Source: Mobula hypostoma (Eukaryota). Taken from it: a DNA stretch of 64,000 nt. Below the pieces are notes generated by a model. It saw nothing but the letters and a program-made list of their open reading frames with translations, was not told the DNA's origin and did not search any database. The translations under genes and the position numbers were made by a program. Below, one piece after another: positions 26,069-37,689 of the stretch (positions are counted from its first letter, which is position 1; each line of letters begins with the position of its first letter). The stretch lies in contig NC_086098.1 in the NCBI RefSeq assembly GCF_963921235.1, forward strand, positions 237,770,001 through 237,834,000, in the 5' to 3' direction.

Positions 26069-26105
<37 letters not shown>
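25620..26105 (+). mobile_element. Rex1/Babar fragment ending in a (TATC)n tail
   Basis: WCHPGYITIEERVCTLDTELVTVGLRP endonuclease-like motif; TATC microsatellite at about 26067-26105. Confidence 0.65.
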
Positions 26106-26107
<2 letters not shown>

Positions 26108-27339
26108 GTTACTTGGAAATTCGCTTATCACCTTATGTTAAAATGATCTATTTCCGCTAATCAACCTTCAATCAATGCCAAATATATTAACTTTAATAAT
26201 TCTGTGTGACATTCTCTCAACTGTTTTCATAAAGTAAACACGTTAACTGTTTCGCCTTTACCTCTGCTGTGAATTACAAAATCAAAATATAGATTTGCCG
26301 AATATGTTTCACTCTGACAAATCCATAACTCTTTCAAATGCAGTCATTATCTTTTTCCTGTCTCCACGTCTTTACCATTATGTTCTGCTAACTGGACTTT
26401 GTAAATTAATTTCTTTTTCTCCCCTTACTTGAATGATGGGGATACATTCAGAGTCGTTGAATCTGATGGAATATCTATCGCATTGAAGAAGATGACAACA
26501 TCAGCACGTCAACGACATCCATAACTACCCTAGAAGAAAAATAATTTCAGGATCTATATAGTATACATTTCTCTGACATTAAACTTATCTTTGAAACCTT
26601 TGAACCCTTTGATTACGCAGTCTCAGAAATTTAACACTTCCTTTCTTGAAACTTTCACCAACAGTATTTCTTTATGCTAATTTTACTCCCTGAGGGTTCC
26701 TCGATCACAGACTTATAGTTCTCTGACGATTCGAACAGAATTTGTTTCTTTTGCCTCACGATGACAAACAAAAATTATATTGTTTAAATTGACAGTTTAT
26801 AAATCAATTTCAATTATTCTGCTATTTTGCTCCACCTGGAACAATGCCGATAGATTTAGAGTCCACAGAGGCGAGATTCAAGATGGAGGTTTGTTATTAT
26901 CCCACAACCAAGGCGTCAACTATTCCTACGATAATCCAGTTGTATGGTGTGACACGATATAAAATCAAACGGTCATTAGAAGATCAATTGTCGTAACATG
27001 ATCAAATGCTGAAACATGTCTCCCAATATGTTTTACGTACAACCTTTCATCATTAGAGAGCATTTGTAACATGTCTTTAGAGTCTCCGGGACGTTTTAGC
27101 TTTTAACTGTATTCAAAGTAAAGAATCTTTTGATTAAGTTTGAAACTGGCAGGTTGGGGCCGTGCATTGAATGATACCTTTTCACTAAATCCGCCACACC
27201 ATCCCAGAGATGAAGAAACAGGTCTCTTGTGACTTTTTTATTGTCGAATCTCTCAATTATTCATCCTCAGAAAAGTATTTTAGAGCAGAGATGTGGGGCC
27301 AGATTGAGGACAACGTCTGTTCTGTGATATGCAAAATAA

Positions 27340-28410
27340 TCCCTGCATCTGGTTGGCTGCCGGTTACCAGTGGTGTTCCACAGGGATCAGTGTTGGGGCC
27401 GCTTCTTTTCACATTGTACATCAACGATTTGGATTATGGAATAGATGGCTTTGTGGCTAAATTTGCTGACGATACGAAGATAGGTGGAGGGGCCGGTGGT
27501 GCTGAGGAAACGGAGAGTCTGCAGAGAGACTTGGATAGATTGGAAGAATGGGCAGAGAAGTGGCAAATGAAGTACAATGTTGGGAAGTGTATGCTTATGC
27601 ATTTTGGCAGAACAAATAAACGGGCAGATTATTATTTAAATAGGGAAAGAATTCAAAGTTCTGAGATGCAACGGGACTTGGGAGTCCTCGTACAGGATAC
27701 ACTTAAAGTTAACCTCCAGGTTGAGTCAGTAGTGAAGAAGGCAAATCCAATGTTGGCATTCATTTCTAGAGGAATAGAGTATAGGAGCAGGGATGTGATG
27801 TTGAGGCTCTATAAGGCGCTGGTGAGATCTCACTTGGAGTACTGTGAGCAGTTTTGGTCTCCTTATTTAAGAAAGGATGTGCTGACGTTGGAGAGGGTAC
27901 AGAGAAGATTCACTAGAATGATTCCGGGAATGAGAGGGTTAACATATGAGGAACATTTGTCCGCCCTTGGACTGTATTCCTTGCAGTTTAGAACAATGAG
28001 GGGAGACCTCATAGAAACATTTCGAGTGTTAAAACGAATGGACAGAGTGGATATGGCAAAGTTGTTTCCCATGATGGGGGAGTCTAGTACGAAAGGGCAT
28101 GACTTAAGGATTGAAAGGCGCCCATTCAGAACAGAAATGCGAAGAAATTTTTTTACTCAGAGGGTGGTAAATCTATAGAATTTGTTGCCACGGGCAGCAG
28201 TGGAGGCCAAGTCATTGGGTGTATATAAGGCCGAGATTGATAGGTATCTGAGTAGCCAGGGCATCAAAGGTTATGGTGAGAAGGCCTGTCAGTGGGACTA
28301 AATAGGAGAATGGATCAGCTCTTGATAAAATGTCGGAGCAGACTCGATGGGCTGAATGGCCTTCTTCTGCTCCTTTGTCTTATGGTCTTATGGTCTTATG
28401 GTCTTATGGT
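27340..28410 (+). mobile_element. CR1 (subfamily B) RT 3' half
   Basis: ORF 27210..28178: SGVPQGSVLGPLLF...FADDTK; (tatggtct)n tail. Confidence 0.96.
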
Positions 28411-29589
28411 CATTGCATACCCAATCCGTAGCCTCAATGCAACAATGGAACTATAGATGAAATATATTTAAAATGCATTTTTTGCAAAATAAAAAATAAA
28501 AAAGAAAATATTGGAAACATCGGCAGATCACACACCATCTGAGGAAAGTTATGGTTTCAGATGGATGAGTCTACTTCAGCTAATAATATCATGGAGTCTA
28601 ACGCCGCTGATTGAGGCCTCCCATTCGCCCTCTCCTCTGGACGAGTGCTGGCAAATCCCACCTATTGTCTTCTTAATGTCATTAGCGAGGAGAAAGAAGT
28701 AATGCAAACATTGAAGGGAGAGCTCTTATTCACAATTTGTTCGCCTTTCTCCAGTTCTCTTTCCTGTCCGATAGTAGAACCTCTCGGTTCAATATTTCAG
28801 CGTTGGTCTAAAATTTCTCCTTGAATTACCTGTTACATCGTTTAGTTCCAACATGCCTTCTCCCTGAAATCTGATCAGCCTCGCTCCTGACACCGTTTCT
28901 GGAGACTCCCATCACGTAAATTGTCTCCATCTCGGCCCTCCTTTTATCTGTAATTTCTTTCAGCCCTGTGTGCCTTCCCGTATCCTGTCCGTCTCCGAAA
29001 TCAGTCGCGACCTAAATGATTGTTGCAGAAGGCTCAATGCAAAGTCCTCGCTCTGTTCCAAGTTCCTACACAGCATGAAAAAGTTTCTGGTCCAATTGTC
29101 CTGCGGGGTAAAAAAAAGCAAGCCCAGTTAGTTCTGCAATAATTTTGTTGCATTCTATTTTCAGACTCCGTAATCTGTATTCAGTACACTCCGTTAGCTG
29201 CCTCTTCACATTTATAATTGGAAAGTTCTTTGTTTGTATCTGACATCCGGTGCTTCTCGCTCCCAAAATAACAACCGGAAATCACAATCTAGCTCTTCAC
29301 CTCCCTCTTGTGACACACATGGGCCAGTACAACCACAGAGCACTTGTCAACGCCAACTTCTGCCGTCCCCACTGAACGTCCAGAAGAAAAGAATGTGATT
29401 GGAAAGTGGGAAGTAACTCACTCACTTCAGCCGAAAGGCTCTTTGGTTGAATCGTGGGCGCTTTCTATTTATTGTCTTTGGCTCCATGCTCCTTAATCTG
29501 GAATATTAAGGATATGAGGTTGGCTAACCTACAATGTAAAAGAGGACACCAAAAATGTTCTGTGTGTTTGTGTGTGTGTGTGTCTGTAA

Positions 29590-29780
29590 AGGAAAGGCTA
29601 GTGTGGATGCCGGATGACTGCCAGGGTCCGAGATATCTCGGATCGAGACCTCGGTGTTCTTAAGTGGGGTGGTGAACAGCCAGGGGTCATGGTCCATATA
29701 GGTACCAATGACATGGATAGGACGTGTGACGATCTTCTGCATAGAGAGTTCAGGAATGTAGGTGCCATGTTAAAGAAAAT
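29590..29780 (+). mobile_element. CR1 ORF1 esterase fragment
   Basis: ARVRDISDR...EQPGVMVHIGTND, an SGNH esterase motif. Confidence 0.75.
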
Positions 29781-30494
29781 AAAAAATAAGAAATAAGAAA
29801 TAGGAGCAGTAGTAGACCATCTGGCCTGACGAGCTTGCTCCACCATTCAATACGATCATGACAGAACTGACCAGGGACTCATCTCCACCGACCTGCCTTT
29901 GACCCCATAACCCTTAATTCCCATACTATGCAACAATCTAACCAACCTTGTCTTAAATATATTTACTGAGGTAGCCTCCACTACTTCATTGGGCAGTGAA
30001 TTCCACAAATTCACCACTCTGGAAAAAGCAGTTCCTCCTCATATCCGTCCGGGATTTCTTCCCCCGAATCTTGAGGCAATGTCCTCTAGCTCTCGTCCCA
30101 CTTAATACTGGAAACAACTTCCCTGCCTCTATCTTATCCATCCCATTCATAATTTTCGATGTTTCAACCAGATTTTCTTACATCCTTCTGAATTCCAGCG
30201 AGTACATTCCCAGGCGATTCAATCTATTCTCATAGTCTAACCCCTCTTCTCTGGAATCAACCTGGCGAACCTCTTCTGTACAGACTCCAGAGCCTATATA
30301 TTCTTCCTCAAGTAAGGAGACCAGAATTGCACGCTCTAGCAATGACCTCCGGTCCGTTTGCCTTCTTGATAATTTGATGCACCTGCGAACCAGCCTTTTG
30401 CGATTCACGCACAAGCACTCCTAAGTCCTCCTTCCCAACTACAGATGTTAAACTAAATGGCCAATAGTTACCTGCCTTTTGCCTACATTCTTCT

Positions 30495-31370
30495 TCAATG
30501 GTGGCGGTACATTCGCCTTCTTCCGATCAGTCGGAACCTGCCCAGAATCCAGAAAATTTTTCGGTGGCCAATAGACAACTTCCTCCAGTGACACACATAA
30601 AAGTTGCTGGTGAACGCAGCAGGTCCTATAGGAGGAGGTGCAGTCGACGTTTCGGGCCGAGTCCCTTCGTCAGGACTAACTGAAAGAAGAGCTAGAAAGA
30701 GATTTGAAAGTGGGAAGGGGAGGTGGAGGTCCAATATGATAGGAGAAGACAGGAGGGGGAGGGATGGAGCCAAGAGCTGGGCAGTTGATTGGCAAAAGGG
30801 ATATGAGAGGATCATGGGACGGGAGGGCTAGGGTGAAAGAAATGGGGAGGAGGGAAGCCCATAGGATGGGCAATAACGAATGGGGTACGAGGGGAGGTGG
30901 GGCAATAATGGAAGTTAGAGAAGTCAATATTCATACCATCAGGTTGGAGGCTACCCAGTCGGAATATAAGGTGTTGTTCCTCCAACCTGAGCGTGCCTTC
31001 ATCTTTACAGTAGAGGAGGCCGTGGATAGACATATCAGAATGGGAATGGGACGTGGAATTAAAAAGTGTGGCCACTGGGAAATCCTGCTTTCTCTGGCGG
31101 GCAGAGCGTAGGTGTTCAGCGAAACGGTATCCCAGTCTGCATCGGGTCTCCCCAATATATAGAAGGCCGCATCGGGAGTACCGGACGCAGTATATCACCC
31201 CAGCCGACTCACAGGTGCAGTGTCGCCTCACCTGGAAGGACTGTTTGGGGCCCTGAATGGTAGTGCAGGAGGAAGTGGAAGGGCATGTGTAACACTTCTT
31301 CCGCTTACAAGGTGCCGGGAGGGAGATCGGTCTGGAGGGATGCGGGGGGGTCGAATGGACAAGGGAGACG
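30495..31370 (-). mobile_element. Penelope-like element: GIY-YIG endonuclease fragment plus terminal repeat
   Basis: ORF 30812..31231: VIYC...CGLLYIGET...RFAEH...EQHLIFRLGSLQPDGMNIDF. Confidence 0.9.
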
Positions 31371-31699
31371 TGTAGGGAGTGATTTTTCCCCTTTACTGTT
31401 CTTAATCTCTACCCAGATGATTTTAGCATTCTACTCGTTAGATCTTATATCGTCTCTCACTATTGCCCTCATCTTTAATTAAGAGCCCTTACCTTCCTGC
31501 CTATCTTTCCGTATTGCCTGATATCTTTGAATATTTAATTCCCAATCCTCTCCACCCTGCAACCACGTTTCTGTAATGGTCGCTAAATAATACCCCTTTG
31601 TACGGATTTGAACCACAAGCTTACTGATCTTCTTAATAATATTATGGACATTCAAGTTAAGTGCCGTTACACTCATCGTGCTTTTAAAATCTCGTGATC

Positions 31700-32715
31700 A
31701 GAATCATAATCAGAATCCTTTATTATTGCCAAGTATGTGGACACATACAGGGAATTTGATGCCGATTTCCCTGAGCTCTCGCTGTACAGAATCAAAAAGC
31801 AAACAAAACAATAGTGCAAATAATCGTGATTATATACATTGAGGTGTACCTATGTATGTACAGGTGGACTTGGTTCATAACAGACTAAAATTAAAGTGTT
31901 CATAAGATTGATTGCATACGGAAAGAAACTGTTCTTGTACCTATTTGTCCTGGCATACAGCGATCTAAAGCGCCTACCAGAAGGAAGGAGTTGGAACAGG
32001 TGATGTCCAGGGTGTGATGGGTATACAATGATGCTGTTTGCTCACTTCCTGACTCTAGATGCATACAAGTCCTGGATCGAGGGGAGCTTCACACCAATAA
32101 TCCTTTCCGCAGCCCTGACGGTTCTTTGGAGTCTATTCTTGTCTTGTTTGGTGGCTGATCCAAACCAGACAGTGATGGACGAACAGAGAACAGACTGGAT
32201 TATTCCTGAATAGAATTGAATCAGCAGCTCCTGAGGCAGTTTGTACTTCCTGAGTTGACGTAGGAAATACAACCTCTGCTGAGAGGTTGTATTTCCTTTT
32301 TGATAAGACTGTCCGCATTGGGTGTCCACTTCAGGTCCTGGAAGATTGTGACACCCAGAAACCTGAAGGTCTCCACAGCAGACACAATACGGGTGAGTGT
32401 AGTGAGTGGGGGGAGTATTGGGGGTTCCTCCTGACGTCCACTGTCATCTCCACAGTCTTGAGCGTATTTAGCTCCACATTGTTCTGACCACACCAGAGGG
32501 CCAGCCGTTCCACCACTCGTCTGTATGTAGACTCATCACCGTCTCGGATAAGGCCAATGACAGTTGTGTCGTCTGCAAAATTCAGGAGTTTAACAGATGG
32601 ATCCTGTGAGGTGCAGTCATTAGTGTAAAGGGAGAAGAGCAGTGGGGAGAGAGCACATCCCTGGGGGGCACCGGTACTGATTGTCCAGGTGCTAGAAATG
32701 ATGCTTCCCAGCCTC
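31700..32715 (-). mobile_element. Rex1/Babar LINE, RT 3' part
   Basis: STGAPQGCALSPLLFSLYTNDC...FADDTT; QQRLYFLRQLRK; (attctg)n-type tail. Confidence 0.92.
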
Positions 32716-33680
32716 ATTTACTCCTCATTAAATCATTTGCTCTTTTGCACTTCTGTTTTCTCCACTCCAAACTTACTTTTTCCTTTTCTTGTTTTTTATG
32801 CTTTTTTCTCTTTATCCACACTTTTCTCTTTTACTTCTCCAATCTGTTGAACCCAACCCCTACTATTTAGTTTAAAGCCCTATCCATAGCCCTAGTTATG
32901 CGATTCGCTCGGATCCAGATCCCATCACGGTTCAGGTGGAGTCTGTCCCATTGGTACAGCTCCCTCCTTCCCCAATACTGGTACCAGTTTCCCATGTATT
33001 CAAACGTACTTCTCCCACACCAATCCTTGAGCCACACATTTAACTCTATGATCTTCTTGACCTCCTGTCATAAAGAATCTCTTTCTGGACCACTACTGGG
33101 AACGTCTCATGATCTGGAGTGAGAATTCGGGATCCACGGCTCCAGTGGTGATTGTGCAATCAACCTTTGGTCAATTACATGCAAGCGGCTCGCCATCAAT
33201 TAGACGTTTCGATGACCAAGAAAAAAAAATTAACATTTCGTGACATTTTATAATTTATTGAAGCAGTAGTTAGCACAAGGGTTAGTTTTAATCGTAGCAA
33301 ACTGTACATAATCAAGGATGGGTCTACAGATTAACCGTTGTTCATTATTACCGATTGGTCTGAGACTGAGGGAGCTCTGACTGAGGCTTTGGATGGAGAG
33401 ATACGGGAATATGACAACTGCGCATGCGGCCGATCGATGGCGCCGTGAATCAATTACGCCACCTGCGCGCGGGCTTTCTTTCGAGTGTGAACGTTTTCAT
33501 CTCGGCGGGTCCGGTTTGCCGCTCCCGCACCGTAAATTTCTCAGCTTGTGCCGTTACTAACACGACTCTTGAAAAACATTTAATCATGCTACTCCGTTGC
33601 TGTTTTTGCTCCGCACAAACGAAACAAGGTCTGAATCTTTCTTTGTTCACTGAGGATAATATTCACTCTGCCTTTCCAGA

Positions 33681-33713
33681 TCAATTAGTATCAATCGCCA
33701 GCTGGGCGTAGAT
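33681..33713 (-). CDS. Gene B exon 6: terminal exon with YxxL (IYAQLAIDTN*)
   Basis: ccattcccttacAG acceptor, phase 0; stop at 33683-81; AATAAA on the minus strand at 33259-33254 after a repeat-poor putative 3' UTR. Confidence 0.7.
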   Translation of the reverse strand: MYAQLAIDTN

Positions 33714-34739
33714 CTGTAAGGGAATGGCATGAGATTGGTTACCGTATCAATCCCCACCCTGCACCGTTGCTCGCCAGGTTGCGTGTATGGGGCAACTTAA
33801 TCACGCGTTAATTCCAGATCAAAAGAATGTGATATTCTGGAGCAAAGAGTTTCATTCACCTTTAATTTTCCTGATTACAACCAACAAAAAAACTCAGGGC
33901 CCTCTCTTTCGGTCGCTGAACCTGCCCCTGTGATATCTTTCCGATTTCTATATTATTGTTCAGTCCCTGCTCTGTGCAATCCTGTCCTGGACCTCATATA
34001 TCCATTATATCCTACAGCCTAAGGACGTCTTGTTGTCCCTTGAATACAGTTTCTTTCGGCTTTATATCGTCCCTGTCTGCCTCCCCATCTAACGCCACCA
34101 GCACAAATGCCCTTCCCTATCTATGTAACTCTCTGCAGTCTCTGCACTGTTCTCTGTGTAACTGTTTAGGCACCTGCACGGCAGTCTATTTGCGTAACCC
34201 CTCCAGCCCGTATACCCCTCTGTGTGACGCCCCTCCGGCCCCTTTGCATTCCGTGTGACCCCTGCAGCTTGTATACCCCTCTGTGTGACCCCTCAAGCGC
34301 GTATACCCCTCTGTTTGACCCCTCCAGCCCCGAAACCCCCTATCTGTGTCACCCTTCTAAACCTTTCGCTATCTGTGTAATTCGTCCAAATCCTTAACCC
34401 CTTTATCAATGCAGCACACTCCAGCCTCTATCTCCTCGCCGATCTGTAACTCCTTTTATAAACTGTTTCCCTGCAACTGAATTCTCCTCAAATTCCCTGT
34501 CGAATTCCATTCCCTGTTGTACTCTTTCTCTTCTTCCGTAACTCCACGACTACCCAAGATACCCGCACTTCGCTGTTGCGGACTAACTCCAAAAGTGTCT
34601 ACATTCGCTGCTGCGGGTCTGGAAACCCGACCCCTCCTCGGTTAAAGACCTCCGGCCGACAGGGAGGGACCAGCTTCGGGTCACATGATCGTGTATGGTT
34701 TGGTGTTACATTCTGTCTATTGTCCTATCTGTAATTTGT

Positions 34740-37030
34740 TTTAAGACAATGAATTTTTCACAAAGGTCTAAAAACAACACTTTTGTTGCAGGTAATTTTA
34801 ACCTCCCTAATATCAAGTGGGATCTCCTTAAAGAAAGATATTTATACAGTGCAAAATTTGTTTGGTGAATCCTAAATGGTTTCTATATCAATGTGCAGAT
34901 GTTCCAGAAAGAGGATGGGGTGAAATTGAACTGGAGTTTGATAATGAGCTCGGCCTAGTGACTAACCTTTCACTGGGAGAACATTTATTATAAATACCAT
35001 TAAATTCGAGCAGGGTAAATTTGGAGAATATTAGACAGAAACTAGGGGACGTCAACTGGGAGTAGCTCTTTGGGCGCAAGTATCGAGACAGGCAGCGAAT
35101 TTGGTCCAGAAGGAAAGGGAATCTTCTGGTTAAAAAAAAAAGGTTTGCAAAGCTAAAAAGAATCAATCAGGGTCCTTAAGAATTATAAAGAAGCTAGAAG
35201 CTAACTCGAAGTGGTGAGGAAGGCCAGAAAAGACCACGGAAGGTCATTGGGAAGTCGGATTAAAGTAAAATTCCGGGGGGTTCTATCCATACATCAAGAG
35301 CAAGACGATAACTAGGAGCCGGTAAGACAACTGAATGATAAATGAGGGGACATATGGATAGATGTGAAGGATGTGGTTCAGTGCTTAACATCAAGGAGAA
35401 AGATGTGGAAGGTGGTGAGATCAATGTGGAGGATACGAATTTGCTTGTGCATTATGGAAAAAAAAAGAATGAGGCATCACTGTTTCTCTTAAGGAACATT
35501 AAGTGGGTGTCTTAATAGAATACATGCCGGGTTACTGAGAGGGGCAAGAGATGAGATTGCTGGAGGCTTGACCAATGTCTCAGTGTCCTCTCCAGCCACA
35601 GGCGATGTCTCAGAAAACTGGTACGTCGCTAATGTTCCATTATTGTTGAAAGGAAATAGGGATAATCTTGGGAATTATAGACCGGTGAGTCTCGCGTCAG
35701 TGGTAGGGAATTTACTGGAAATAATTCTTAATGATCGGATTTATGAGCGTTTGGAAAACCTGTCTTCGTGCGGGGCACGTCGTATCTTCCTAACTTGATT
35801 AAGAAGTTTGACGAAGTGAGATGGTGATTTCATGTAGGGAGAGCTATGGATGTTGTCCACATGGATTATAGTAAGGCGTTTGACAAAATCCCATATAGGA
35901 GGCTCAATCGGAAATTAAGATTACATGGGTTCTGTGATGGATTCAGAACTGGCTTGCCCATAGAAGACAGAAGGACTTATTCTAGCTGGAGGGCTGTTTC
36001 CCACAGGGATCTCCGCTGGGACCTCAGCTATATGTGATATATATAAATCATCTGGATGAAAATGTAAATGGGTGGGTTAGTAAGTTTGCAGATGATACCA
36101 AAGTTGTGGACAGTGTAGAAGGCGGCCAAAGGATACAGATCAGTTGCAGATACGGGAAAATGACAGAGAAGTTTAATCCCACCAAATGGGAACTGCTGCA
36201 TTATAAAGGGATGGTACACTATTAATGACAGGACCCTTAGCACCCGTGACGTACAGAGGGATTTTGGAATTGAGTCCGTATCTCTCTGAACGTGACGACA
36301 CAGCTTGTTAGGGTGGTCAGAAGGCACATGGCAATCTTTCCTTTATCTGTCAGAGAAATGAGTTCCAGAGTCGGTAAATTACGTTGGAGATTAATAGAAA
36401 CAGCAGTTAGACTTTCCAGTCAGCATTGTATTCAATTTTGGCCAGCTACATTATAGTAAGGATGTTAAGGCTTTGGAAAAAGTGCAGAAGAAGTTTTCTG
36501 GGATGCTGTCTGTAATGGGGAACATCTTAATTTATTTGTAGTTATTATGTTTATATTACTTAATGTGTGGTGTGTAAGTTATATGTACTGCATTGTGCAA
36601 CTTGGTCCGGAGGAACGTTGTTACTTTTGGCGATATACATGACAATAAGCTGACCTTGAACTTGAACTTGAGCAAACTTGGGTTGTTTTCTCTGGAACCT
36701 CTGAGACTGAGGGGCTATTTGACAGAGATCTACATACTATTGGAGGCACAGATAGAAAAGGTAACCAGTATCGCTATTCCACATTGTTGAAACGTGGCAT
36801 GCGTTTAAGCTAAACTGGGGTAAGTTCAAAGGAAATGTGCCGGTCCCTTTTTAACACAGAAAATGGTAGGAGCCGGGAATTCGCGCGACATAGATGTGCT
36901 GGCAATCGAAGAATATGGATCTTCTTCAAGCGGAAGTGATTAGTGTCGTTGGGTATTTGATCACTGATTCAATTAGCTCAATAGCACATCGTAGGCTAAA
37001 GAACCTGTTCCCGTGTTGTACTATTCTAAG
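34740..37030 (+). mobile_element. Old degenerate CR1 in gene B intron 5
   Basis: NYRPVSLASVVGNLLE, DYSKAFDKIP, SKFADDTK. Confidence 0.85.
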
Positions 37031-37069
37031 TGCAAAGTAATTCTCTGCTTGTAAGTAGTATTATCGGGT

Positions 37070-37375
37070 ACAGGAGTGGAGCCCGGTGTGGTATTCTGCT
37101 GTTGTAGCCCATTCACTTCAAGGTTCGACGCTTTAAGCGCTCAGAGACGCTCTTCTGTCACCACTGCCGTAACACGTGATGATTTAAGTTACTTCCGCCT
37201 TCCGGTCAGCTTGAACCAGTCTGCCAATTCTCCTCCAACCTCTCTCATTAACAAGTCCTTTTCGTCCAAATCACTGCCACTCTCCGGATGTTGTCTGTTT
37301 TTTTTTCAGACCAGCCTCTGTAAGTTCTAGAGTCTGGTGTGCGTGAAAACACCAGGGTATCACATTAACGAGTAG
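37070..37375 (-). mobile_element. Tc1-like fragment
   Basis: Reverse-complement homologue of 60-300. Confidence 0.6.
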
Positions 37376-37409
37376 GTTTACAGGTGTACCTGAAATTGAG
37401 TGTACTTAC

Positions 37410-37468
37410 ATCACGTTCTCGATCCTTTCGCCGGGTGGTGGTGTTTTTGCTTGCCGTTTCTCCTTTTA
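37410..37468 (-). CDS. Gene B exon 5: cytoplasmic (VKGETASKNTTTRRKDRERD)
   Basis: tttcaatcAG acceptor, GTAAGT donor, 59 nt, phase 1 to 0. Confidence 0.8.
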
Positions 37469-37569
37469 CTGATTGAAAGAGATATTTGAATGTGAGTTTT
37501 TCTACAAAGGAATTTTTCACCGTTAGGCGAGAAGTTCAGGTCATGATAAGGTTAAGGTCAGCACGTTAC

Positions 37570-37689
37570 CTGGTTCGCGTTCCTTTCGATACTTCCTAAT
37601 GGCCACAGTGGTCGCCCCTACAGCAAGTAACACGAGGGTCGCCGCCAGGCCAATTGCAATCATATGACAGAGTTGCGCCTGCAGGCTGT
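37570..37689 (-). CDS. Gene B exon 4: connecting peptide and transmembrane (DSLQAQLCHMIAIGLAATLVLLAVGATTVAIRKYRKEREP)
   Basis: ttcttcAG acceptor, G|GTAAC donor, 120 nt, phase 1-1, uncharged TM. Confidence 0.88.

Larger units (their letters stand above)
29790..33070 (-). mobile_element. Nested TE cluster: minus-strand CR1 pieces interrupted by Penelope-like and Rex1 elements
   Basis: CR1 3' end 29790-30490, CR1 endonuclease (ITETWL) 31480-31700, CR1 ORF1-side sequence 32716-33070. Confidence 0.75.

Noticed and set aside
27210-28178. 322-aa novel gene
   Set aside because: CR1 reverse transcriptase with a chance in-frame 5' extension from flanking DNA.
34200-34700. Possible extra gene B tail exon or gag-like ORF with short ccctctgtgtgaccc repeats
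   Set aside because: No phase 0-0 exon with credible splice sites was found; it looks like a decayed retroelement 5' region.
37570-37689. Activating receptor partner with a charged TM residue
   Set aside because: Neither intact gene has Lys, Arg or Asp within the TM core, so an inhibitory/activating pair is not supported here. The Arg in pseudo-A (LPRAIF) is in a dead exon.
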